Assembly: GCA_016699205.1 (NCBI GenBank)
Contig: CP064964.1
Coordinates: forward strand, 1,050,255 to 1,082,254
From: Candidatus Saccharimonadota bacterium
Lineage (GTDB): Bacteria; Patescibacteriota; Patescibacteriia; 2-12-FULL-60-25
DNA length: 32,000 nt
Direction of reading: 5' to 3'
Part shown: positions 1-9,689 of the stretch, piece by piece
Layout: every line of letters starts with the position of its first letter
How positions within the stretch are numbered: the stretch's first letter is position 1
Program-made: the position numbers and the translations under genes
Notes under the pieces: model-generated
The model's database searches: none
Seen by the model: only the letters and a program-made list of their open reading frames with translations
Told to the model about the DNA's origin: nothing

Positions 1-599
1 ATGGAGAAGTTTTCTCGACCGGTGGTCGCTGTCGGAAAGCATGGGGATCATTGGATTGGGTCGGGGAGATCGATATCGACTTATAATATTACGGATGCCG
101 TGAAAGCTTCTGGTGAAGGAATTCTGACAAGAAGCGGTGGTCATGTGCAGGCTTGCGGATTTGCATTGACAGACGGTGATCAGTTGTCAGTTTTCAGTGA
201 TCGGTTAAAGAGCATGCGCGATCGATTTCTGCCGAAGAGCTGACGCCGTTGCTTTCTATCGATGCAGAAATGACGCTGGCTGCGGTTGCGATGGATGTGG
301 CGGAAGCGGTGAAGCGATTGGAACCATATGGAATGGGAAATGCGCTTCCGATTTTTTTATCCAAGCGCTGCAAGATTCTTTCTTCCGACACGATGGGTTC
401 GACGGGAAATCATTTACGGATGCAGCTTGCGGATGGTTCGGGGAGAGCGGTGAAGGCGGTTGGTTTTAAGATGGGTGGTCGAATTCTTGAAGCTTTGATG
501 GGGAAAGAGATTGATGTTGTTTATAATCTTTCGATTAATGAGTGGAATGGGCGGAGGACGGCGGAATGTCGATTGATTGATTTTCGGGCGAGCGCATAA
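1..599 (+). CDS. recJ: RecJ single-stranded-DNA exonuclease, C-terminal part (5' end outside window; apparent 1-nt frameshift near 207-210)
   Basis: ORFs 1-243 (frame 1) and 249-599 (frame 3; its listed M is a TTG inside an open frame) read together as the RecJ C-terminal region (GGHVQACGFAL, LEPYGMGNALPIF, NEWNGRRTAECRLIDF). Frame 3 is open from 201. Joining at the A-run 207-209 gives FSDRLKEHARSISAEELTPLLSIDAEM. Confidence 0.75.
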
Positions 600-616
600 A
601 TAGAAAATGCTTTGCG

Positions 617-692
617 TTAGCCAAGAATTTGACAAAATAGCTGTTTTTTAGTATAGTTGATCGTTAGTCAAAATTTTCACTATTTTGGCTAA
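617..692 (+). promoter_or_regulatory. Operator-like repeats: three TTAGyCAArAAT half-sites bracketing the ORF 808 promoter
   Basis: ttagccaagaat at 617-628 lies just upstream of the -35. ttagtcaaaat at 664-674 and its inverted partner attttggctaa at 682-692 form an 11-bp arm palindrome (7-nt gap, one T-G position) at the predicted +1 to +29. It is followed by ttttagtt. Confidence 0.45.
629..657 (+). promoter_or_regulatory. Near-consensus sigma70-type promoter TTGACA-N17-TATAGT for ORF 808
   Basis: TTGACA at 629-634, a 17-nt spacer, then TATAGT at 652-657. The predicted TSS near 664 leaves a leader of about 144 nt before ATG 808. Confidence 0.6.
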
Positions 693-807
693 TTTTAGTT
701 CGGAAGTGGTCCTTGGAGGTCGACTTGTGGGCGCGGATGGTCTGTGTCCATGATTGAGTGCCTTTCAAAGGACGCGGTTCACGGCAATACCGTGACGGGA
801 GGCTGAT

Positions 808-1671
808 ATGAGCTGGAGCACACGTAGTCCTCTGGAAGCGGCGGCGCTATCGAGGGCGGAGACCGCAGAAAAGACTTACGAAGCAGATCAGCGCTATCGT
901 CTGAGCCAGCAGGTTCCGATGGCGAGTGAATCTGGCCTGAGAAGCGAGTTCGACCAGGGGAGAAAAGATTTTCTCAAAATGAACTTCGATGACTATCTTC
1001 ACAGGATCGTTGTCGATATCGATGCGGATCTCCCTACCTTGCGCCGTATCGTCCGATGTCCATTTCACCCCCCGACCAAGAATGGGTTCGGCTGCGATCA
1101 GCCATGGTTTGAGAATGACGAATTCTTTTCTTTGAGAGGATATCGTTACAATTGGACTCGGCACAGATCCTGCAAGGATGAGGTTCTGTACAAGTCAAAC
1201 CCTGATCGCGACTGCGCGCCTCATCTTGATTGCGATCAGAATCGCGATGTGTTCATTGCGCCGGTTCCCCACCACTTTTTGGCTTCTGGGATTTGCGATG
1301 TCTTGGAGCCTCTTGCTGCCTATGCAGACCGGCGAGGATTCCGGTTTGCAATGGAGTTGGAGATGGCCGCATTTGCGGCACAGCACCCTTGGTCTGTGAA
1401 CAACGGGAATTCGATCATCGCGCTCGGCGCATCCAGGCTGCACTCATCGCCGTACTCATTTCGTCATGAAGATGTGGATGTCTATCTTGAGATCCACAAT
1501 GAGGGTGCTATTCGCCACCTTCACCGGATGAGCGGCCCATCGCTTGATCGGCATTGTGATGCTGTCCGTCGTTTTGCAAACGACAGCTTGAACTGTGGTC
1601 TCGTGTACCGTAATCATGTCCTGCAAGAAAACGACCGAATTCTCTTGGTCAAGAAGACGGGTCCGTTGTAG
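808..1671 (+). CDS. Hypothetical protein, 287 aa, Cys/His-rich, no family recognised
   Basis: Long ORF with a GGGAGG Shine-Dalgarno 5 nt upstream of the ATG, its own strong promoter, and a terminator at 1691-1729. Central segment is RCPFHPPTKNGFGCDQPWF...SCKDEV...DCAPHLDCDQNRD. No signal peptide or TM helix. Confidence 0.6.
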   Translation: MSWSTRSPLEAAALSRAETAEKTYEADQRYRLSQQVPMASESGLRSEFDQGRKDFLKMNFDDYLHRIVVDIDADLPTLRRIVRCPFHPPTKNGFGCDQPWFENDEFFSLRGYRYNWTRHRSCKDEVLYKSNPDRDCAPHLDCDQNRDVFIAPVPHHFLASGICDVLEPLAAYADRRGFRFAMELEMAAFAAQHPWSVNNGNSIIALGASRLHSSPYSFRHEDVDVYLEIHNEGAIRHLHRMSGPSLDRHCDAVRRFANDSLNCGLVYRNHVLQENDRILLVKKTGPL

Positions 1672-1690
1672 GTTGAGCGTTTCTACTTGG

Positions 1691-1729
1691 CAGTCCGTAC
1701 CGACTTACTGGTACGGGCTGTTTTCGTTT
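1691..1729 (+). terminator. Rho-independent terminator after ORF 808
   Basis: 11-bp stem cagtccgtacc (1691-1701) / ggtacgggctg (1710-1720) with one G-T pair, an 8-nt loop, then ttttcgttt. Confidence 0.7.
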
Positions 1730-1761
1730 GTGATATCGATGCCAGATCGACTACAGAGCGG

Positions 1762-1791
1762 TTGACAAAATTGATGAAATATGATTAAAAT
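1762..1791 (+). promoter_or_regulatory. sigma70-type promoter TTGACA-N18-TAAAAT for ORF 1820
   Basis: TTGACA at 1762-1767 and TAAAAT at 1786-1791. It shares the string TTGACAAAAT with the 629 promoter. Confidence 0.5.
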
Positions 1792-1819
1792 ATTTTTGTC
1801 CTTTTCAAAGGAGGTGCTC

Positions 1820-2299
1820 ATGGAGCGGGTCTATCCGATCAATGTCGAATTGATCGAGTGGCCGACGTACCAGATGTATCAATCGCTGTTCTATGGCGTT
1901 TGCAGCCAGCTCGATCGTCGGGTCAATGGCGGAGTGCTTCATCCTGCAATTGCCCATATCAAGCCTGTCACAGGAAGGATTGATGTCGTTAGTGCTGTTA
2001 TCGATCCAACACGGATCGTTGCTTCAGATGATGTGATTCGTTGGGGCCGTTCGCACTCACTGCGTCCGTTGTTTCCTTGGGAGTATTACACGTTCATCGC
2101 TCAATACGTTGAGAAGATGCGTGATGTCCGGACTGTTTGCCTTGGTTTCCAGTATCGCAAACGTGGAAGTCTGTTCTTTTCCAGAACCAAGTACTTTGTT
2201 CCGCATGCGTATCAGATCGGACAAGATCTCTGTCTTGACTCGGCTGAATATGAGCATCTTTGGCTTAACGGAACCCACTTTCTTTTTACGAGTTACTGA
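1820..2299 (+). CDS. Hypothetical protein, 159 aa, no family recognised
   Basis: I prefer the internal ATG at 1820 (MERVYPINV) over the listed 1781 start because AAAGGAGG sits 6-7 nt upstream. The ORF is open to 2299. A weak terminator-like hairpin cgcgtc/gacgcg plus T5 lies at 2339-2386. Confidence 0.6.
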   Translation: MERVYPINVELIEWPTYQMYQSLFYGVCSQLDRRVNGGVLHPAIAHIKPVTGRIDVVSAVIDPTRIVASDDVIRWGRSHSLRPLFPWEYYTFIAQYVEKMRDVRTVCLGFQYRKRGSLFFSRTKYFVPHAYQIGQDLCLDSAEYEHLWLNGTHFLFTSY

Positions 2300-2384
2300 T
2301 CCAGGAAATATCGTGCTGTTTGTAACGTCGTAAGTTCTCGCGTCTCTTGTTCTCCTGAAAAAGGATTGAGCATGGGACGCGTTT

Positions 2385-2413
2385 TTGGTTATTGACGATT
2401 TTCGCGCTAGAAT
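2385..2413 (+). promoter_or_regulatory. Putative rnhA promoter TTGGTT-N17-TAGAAT ending 6 nt before the ATG (leaderless-type)
   Basis: TTGGTT at 2385-2390, a 17-nt spacer, TAGAAT at 2408-2413, ATG at 2420. No SD lies between them. Confidence 0.45.
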
Positions 2414-2419
2414 CCCGCC

Positions 2420-2827
2420 ATGCATGTCATTATCCGTACCGATGGAGGTGCTCGAGGGAATCCGGGACCGGCTGGGATCGGTGTTGTTATCGAGGACGCA
2501 AAAGGGAAGGTGTTGGAGGAACATGCCAAGTTTTTGGGTGTGAAGACCAATAATCAGGCAGAATATGAAGCCGTGATTCTGGGATTGCAGCGCGCGAAGC
2601 ATTTGAAGGCGGAGTCTGCGGAAGTTGTGGCTGATAGCGAGCTCGTGATCAAGCAGGCGAATGGCGAATATAAAGTGAAGCACGTAAATATTAAGCCGCT
2701 TTTTGCCCAAGTTCAGGATTTAGTGCGGCAGATCGGATCGGTGAAGTTTAGGCATGTGAAAAGAGCTCAGAATGAACATGCGGATGCCTTGTCGAATAAG
2801 GCGATGGACGAGGGTATCACAAGGTAA
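2420..2827 (+). CDS. rnhA: Ribonuclease HI (RNase H type 1 fold)
   Basis: 135 aa with the DEDD pattern: IRTDGGARGNPGPAG (D), NNQAEYEAV (E), VADSELV (D), NEHADALSN (D). Confidence 0.85.
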   Translation: MHVIIRTDGGARGNPGPAGIGVVIEDAKGKVLEEHAKFLGVKTNNQAEYEAVILGLQRAKHLKAESAEVVADSELVIKQANGEYKVKHVNIKPLFAQVQDLVRQIGSVKFRHVKRAQNEHADALSNKAMDEGITR

Positions 2828-2845
2828 AGATGGTATTATTGGGGT

Positions 2846-4294
2846 ATGTCGAATCCATTTGAGCTATCGCATCACGCAACATCCCCCGCGACGAAGAGTG
2901 GGCGCTTCATGGAAGTTCGATCTGCCGTCGAGAGTACCCCTGCGTTAACCAAGTCATTTGGCTCAACGGTTGAACTTCATTTCTCGGGGGCAGAGCAGCA
3001 GCGGTATATGTCGAATGCTGTATTTGGTGAGGCGCTCCAGGATAGCCTGACTCATTTGTTTGATTCGGGTTTTAGTCCATCGGTTGAAGAGCTTGATCAG
3101 AAGATGGATGAGATTGGGACTGAGTTGAATACGAGTCAGAGAAAAATTCTCACCGGCAGCATGCATCGGATGAAAGAGGCGATACAGTCCGTTAGTCCTG
3201 AGTATAGGGTCCGTTGCCAGTCGCTCGCTCAAACGTTTTACGAGGGGCTTGCGGGGTCGGTGGAAGAGCTTGGCGGATTTCCCCCGGAGATAGAAATTAC
3301 ATCACTTGGTGCCGTTATGATTCGTGTTCAGGATCTGGGCGCATGGCGACGGATCTGCGATTTTCAAGGATTTGAACCCGGGCTCGCTGGCATAAAAATT
3401 CTTTCTCCGGAAGGTCAGTCAGCCGTTTCAGATGACGACGCAAAGGATTTCGGACGCATGATCGTTCTTGCGCCTGAATATATTACACATATGGGCGGAG
3501 AATCGAGTGATGCGTTTGCGAAGCATGAACTATTCCATGATGTTTATCATCTCGCGATTGCGCCCGAGCAGACCGTTTCGTATCGAGATCCTTTTGAAAA
3601 GGAGGTCTTCATTTCGGTGAAAAATGAACTGTTGGCGTATCTTATTGGGAATTCCCGCTGGAATTCAAATTTGAACGACACAGCCGGTTCTGTGATCGTG
3701 CGTGAAACATTGGATCCTCAATTACAGAACCGCAGGCCTGAGGAGATTATCGCCTTCGCTTCTTATTCGAGCAGACTTCAGAGAGAGGGCGCGACCCCAG
3801 AACAGGCTCGGGAGCGTACAAGACAGTTTTCAAATGAGCTATTTTCTGCCATGCACGCGATTACAAAGCTTGCCCTGCTTCAGGATCGGTCGTTTGAGCA
3901 AGGCGTTTCACGTCTTTTGGTTTCGCAGTCATTTAAGGAGATTGCGTTCCATGCTTCAGAGCTCAGCGGTGAGCGCGAGGTGGTGGCTGAAGACCTTTTG
4001 AAGGATTCCGAGACTCAAGAGCCTGCTTCTTTCGCATATATCATCGAGGCTTTAAGCAATGCTGTGCGCTTTAGTATTCCCATCCAATCTCTCGAAGCTG
4101 TACTAGTTCTCGTCGAGCAAGCTATAGACCAATTTCGTGGTTATGACTCGCGAGATGTACCGCCTCAAATACTACAACTACAACGACTTGCTCAACTGGC
4201 TCGAGAAAGCGTTATGAAGCCACAACATGAAAAGAATGCCCAGGCGAACGCCCTCTCGAATAAGGCCATGGACGAGGGGCAGGGTGTGCTATAA
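2846..4294 (+). CDS. Hypothetical 482-aa protein with HExxHxxxH metallopeptidase-like motif; C-terminal 15-20 aa are a diverged copy of the RNase H C-terminus
   Basis: HELFHDVYH is encoded at 3524-3550. The tail NAQANALSNKAMDEG matches the rnhA tail NEHADALSNKAMDEG. The ORF is in the same frame as rnhA, separated by one TAA plus 6 codons. TGgTATTAT at 2831-2839 ends 6 nt before the ATG. Confidence 0.7.
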   Translation: MSNPFELSHHATSPATKSGRFMEVRSAVESTPALTKSFGSTVELHFSGAEQQRYMSNAVFGEALQDSLTHLFDSGFSPSVEELDQKMDEIGTELNTSQRKILTGSMHRMKEAIQSVSPEYRVRCQSLAQTFYEGLAGSVEELGGFPPEIEITSLGAVMIRVQDLGAWRRICDFQGFEPGLAGIKILSPEGQSAVSDDDAKDFGRMIVLAPEYITHMGGESSDAFAKHELFHDVYHLAIAPEQTVSYRDPFEKEVFISVKNELLAYLIGNSRWNSNLNDTAGSVIVRETLDPQLQNRRPEEIIAFASYSSRLQREGATPEQARERTRQFSNELFSAMHAITKLALLQDRSFEQGVSRLLVSQSFKEIAFHASELSGEREVVAEDLLKDSETQEPASFAYIIEALSNAVRFSIPIQSLEAVLVLVEQAIDQFRGYDSRDVPPQILQLQRLAQLARESVMKPQHEKNAQANALSNKAMDEGQGVL

Positions 4295-4305
4295 TCGACC
4301 TAACT

Positions 4306-5379
4306 ATGGGGCTTTTTTCTTCTGCGCCGGTTTCGACGAGTTATTTGGGTGTGGATATCGGTTTTGCCGGGATGAAACTGGTCGAACTTAAGAATGAGAA
4401 AGGACGAGCGCGACTCGTGACTTACGCGTATGCCAACGTGGCTTCCGATAGTCTTGAGAAGTCGCTTTTGAATGATATTCCAAATGCCGCCGATCTTTTG
4501 AAGAAGATGGTTGGTAAGAGTAAGGCTACGGCAAAGAAGGCTGTTGCCGCATTGCCGATTTCTTCCGTTTTTTCATCGATTCTTTCTGTGCCGACGACGA
4601 ATGATAAAGAATTGAAAGAGGCGGTGCAGCTTCAGGCAAAGAAATTGATCCCGCTTCCGTTGGAAGAGGTTTCGCTTGATACAAAAGTGATCGACAAGAC
4701 AGAGAAGGGTGCGGATGGCGGAAAACCATCGACGCGTGTTCTTGTGACAGCTGCTCCAAAGACATTGGTTTCAAAGTATGTCGAGATTTTTAAACAGGCT
4801 GGACTTGAATTGATATCGCTTGAGACGGAAGCGTTTGCGGAGATTCGCGCGCTGATCGGAAAAGATCGTTCTACGATCATGGTGGTTGATATCGGATCGC
4901 TTCGTACAAATATTATGGTGGTGGAGGGCGGAATTCCTTTCATTACGCGTTCGATCGCTACGGGAGGAAATGCCATTACGCAGACGATTGCCAAGACGCT
5001 CGGTATTCCGATGGATCAGGCGGAGAGCATGAAGCGCGATATCAAGTCGATGCAGGCTTTTGCACCGACGGGCGATCTTTCGCCGATCCTGACGGTGCTC
5101 GTAAAACCGATTTTGGATGAGATCAAATATTCTTTCACATTGTATCAGCAGCAAGCTAACGGAAGCGGGAAGCGTATCGAGAAAATTATTTTGACCGGAG
5201 GTTCAGCACTCTTGCCGCGTTTGCCGGAATTTTTGACGCAGCAGATGAATGTGAATTCGTATTTGGGAAATCCATGGGCGCGTGTTGTCTATCCGCCGGA
5301 TTTGCGACCTTTGCTTGATGAGCTCGGACCTCGTTTTGCGGTGACGATCGGTTGTGCGATGCGTGATCTTGATAACTAA
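4306..5379 (+). CDS. pilM: Type IV pilus assembly protein PilM (actin-like ATPase fold)
   Basis: 357 aa. YLGVDIGFAGMKLVEL at the N-terminus, VVDIGSLRTNIMVV, ATGGNAITQTIA and ILTGGSALLPRL match the PilM/FtsA-like pattern. Confidence 0.85.
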   Translation: MGLFSSAPVSTSYLGVDIGFAGMKLVELKNEKGRARLVTYAYANVASDSLEKSLLNDIPNAADLLKKMVGKSKATAKKAVAALPISSVFSSILSVPTTNDKELKEAVQLQAKKLIPLPLEEVSLDTKVIDKTEKGADGGKPSTRVLVTAAPKTLVSKYVEIFKQAGLELISLETEAFAEIRALIGKDRSTIMVVDIGSLRTNIMVVEGGIPFITRSIATGGNAITQTIAKTLGIPMDQAESMKRDIKSMQAFAPTGDLSPILTVLVKPILDEIKYSFTLYQQQANGSGKRIEKIILTGGSALLPRLPEFLTQQMNVNSYLGNPWARVVYPPDLRPLLDELGPRFAVTIGCAMRDLDN

Positions 5380-5381
5380 CC

Positions 5382-6197
5382 ATGAAGCGGAAATTGGCTA
5401 AAGCCCGTAGCCGCGGGCGTGTCTCGCGACGCGATTCTGCGGCGGCGGAATCTTTGCATCGCCACGGCTTATTGCCTTCGCAGGCTGTGGTTGGTACGGG
5501 TTTGCTTGAAGCGGATGAGGCTCGTGATCTTGGTTTTGAATTGCCGAACTTTAGCTCAGTGACGCCGGCTCAGGATACAAATCGATTACTGCGCATTATT
5601 TTGCATGATGCTGATGTTGTGCGCGCGCATCAGATCCGTATTTTGCCGACAGATCGAGAAGCCGATATTTTATTTGATAATGGCGGCGAACGACGCATTC
5701 CGGCTTCTGTGCTGCCTGCGCTAGCGATGCGCGCTCAGCGCATCGGTGGAAGACTTGGCTGGCATGTGCAGGTTATTCCGGCTGGAACGGGTCCTGCGCT
5801 ACAGCTGATTCGCAAACGATCAACAGGGGAACAGCATCATCCAGCCGACTGGTCTGGTGTTTTGGATGGTTTTCGCGGGAAGCCGGAGGGTTTGCTTGTG
5901 ATCATCGCGCCTGATGCGTATGTGTCGAGGCATTTTCTTGCCAAGTATCCACTGGTTGAATCTGTTGATGATTGGCGCGAGATGAAAGGCGATAAGCCTG
6001 TTTTATATGATGCGGATCGTGATGAGGGGCGTGAGCTGGCTTTGCATGCGGCGATTTCTGGTCGGATCACCATCGCTTTGATGGCTCGTTCTGCGAATGA
6101 CTGGTGGAGTCAGGCTTCGGAAGCGGGTATTCCTGTACGCGTGGTGCGCTCGCGCTTGACGACACTTGGCCCGGCATGGGAATCATTCCAGATATGA
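5382..6197 (+). CDS. PilT/PilB (GspE-family) ATPase-like protein, truncated and catalytically degenerate
   Basis: 271 aa, colinear with the secretion-ATPase core. LLRIILHDADVVRAHQIRILP corresponds to the ASDIHxEP region. EGLLVIIAPDAYVSRHFL replaces GLxLVTGPTGSGKSTTL (Walker A lost). DRDEGRELALHAAISGRITIALMARSAND replaces MRDxETxxxAxxAAxTGHLVxxTLHT (His box lost). Most of the segment between Walker A and Walker B is missing. Confidence 0.6.
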   Translation: MKRKLAKARSRGRVSRRDSAAAESLHRHGLLPSQAVVGTGLLEADEARDLGFELPNFSSVTPAQDTNRLLRIILHDADVVRAHQIRILPTDREADILFDNGGERRIPASVLPALAMRAQRIGGRLGWHVQVIPAGTGPALQLIRKRSTGEQHHPADWSGVLDGFRGKPEGLLVIIAPDAYVSRHFLAKYPLVESVDDWREMKGDKPVLYDADRDEGRELALHAAISGRITIALMARSANDWWSQASEAGIPVRVVRSRLTTLGPAWESFQI

Positions 6198-6703
6198 AGC
6201 GCACCGTGCTCAGCGTCGAGGATGATGCTGTCTTTGCGGATATTCTTGCCAAGAATTTGGAATCGGGTGGTTTTGCCGTGATGAAATCGAGTAACGGGGA
6301 AGATGGTTTTAAACGTGCCGTAAATGACAAACCGGATGCGATTTTGCTTGATATCGGTTTACCAAGAAAAGATGGATTTGAATTGTTGGAAGCGCTCAAG
6401 ACCACGCCTGAGACCTCTTCGATTCCGGTTTTCATGCTGTCGCGCCTTTCATCACGCGAGGATGTTGATAAATGTTTCTCATTGGGGTGTGCTGATTATA
6501 TGATTAAGTCACAACATCATCCGGAAGATGTGGTTCGCCGGTTGAATCGACATTTTGGATTGGAAGATGGTTTTGCGCGCTGGGAGGTTTTGGTGGCCTT
6601 GGGCGTTGTTTTGCTTGCCGCGAGTCTGTTGTGGTGGCAGCTGGGTCATCCAAAGGCTACGCCAGAGCCACAGGCGCCTGGCGTCGAACTTCAGTCGCCG
6701 TAG
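6194..6703 (+). CDS. Response-regulator receiver domain protein with C-terminal transmembrane helix
   Basis: Start ATG 6194 overlaps the upstream stop (ATGA). Receiver residues are intact: SVEDD, ILLDIGLPRKDG (phospho-acceptor Asp), FMLS, DYMIKS. The C-terminus has the hydrophobic helix WEVLVALGVVLLAASLLWW. There is no output domain. Confidence 0.8.
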   Translation: MKRTVLSVEDDAVFADILAKNLESGGFAVMKSSNGEDGFKRAVNDKPDAILLDIGLPRKDGFELLEALKTTPETSSIPVFMLSRLSSREDVDKCFSLGCADYMIKSQHHPEDVVRRLNRHFGLEDGFARWEVLVALGVVLLAASLLWWQLGHPKATPEPQAPGVELQSP

Positions 6704-6719
6704 TGGTATAATCGGATAT

Positions 6720-7178
6720 ATGACGTTTCGACGTGGATTTACGGTGCTTGAAGCATTGATCGTGCTCGCGGTGTTTGGTTTGCTGGCGACGCTCGCGGTT
6801 TTATCGCTCAATAGCGCGCGTGCGAGTTTGCGTGATGCGCAGCGACTTTCTGATGTGAGCGTCGTGCGTTCCGCTCTGAGTCAGTACTGGTTGGAGAACG
6901 CAACGTATCCGCAATCGGCCGGAATCGATCTTGGAATGCCGGGAGCAAATGCAGAGAAATTGTCTGCAGCCGGATTTGTGGCGAGTGCCGATCCGACGCA
7001 GCCGGTTTATTTGACGCGTATTCCGACGGGACCAAAAGTAAATGAATATTATCGCTACCGTGCGGGTCCGAATGGTTACTCGATCCGATTCCAGACGGAA
7101 ACCAGAACAGACTTGGGTCCGGCAAATGTTTACTACGCACATGCGACCGGAATCGATCTTGAGGACGTAGAAAAGTAA
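6720..7178 (+). CDS. Type IV pilin / pseudopilin (prepilin-type N-terminal cleavage-methylation domain)
   Basis: I prefer the internal ATG at 6720: MTFRRG/FTVLEALIVLAVFGLLATLAV has Gly at -1, Phe at +1 and Glu at +5. TGgTATAAT at 6704-6712 ends 7 nt before this ATG. Confidence 0.8.
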   Translation: MTFRRGFTVLEALIVLAVFGLLATLAVLSLNSARASLRDAQRLSDVSVVRSALSQYWLENATYPQSAGIDLGMPGANAEKLSAAGFVASADPTQPVYLTRIPTGPKVNEYYRYRAGPNGYSIRFQTETRTDLGPANVYYAHATGIDLEDVEK

Positions 7179-7203
7179 TGCTCACGCAACATAGTCACAC
7201 ATC

Positions 7204-9660
<2,457 letters not shown>

Positions 9661-9661
<1 letters not shown>

Positions 9662-9689
9662 TCCCGCCGATCAGCGGGATTATTTTTTA
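9661..9689. terminator. Bidirectional Rho-independent terminator between convergent ligA and ORF 9687-10775
   Basis: Stem atcccgc (9661-9667) / gcgggat (9674-9680), flanked by an A-tract upstream and tattttttat downstream. Confidence 0.75.

Noticed and set aside
2057-2710. 217-aa minus-strand ORF spanning the ORF 1820 3' end, the intergenic region and the first two thirds of rnhA
   Set aside because: It is antisense to a confidently identified RNase H gene and crosses a promoter region. The sequence is low-complexity with no motif. Most likely a chance open frame.
2815-4234. Intein or other self-splicing in-frame element inside rnhA
   Set aside because: The insertion is in frame, but a TAA separates it from rnhA. 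It also lacks an N-terminal Cys/Ser, a C-terminal His-Asn plus nucleophile, and homing-endonuclease motifs.
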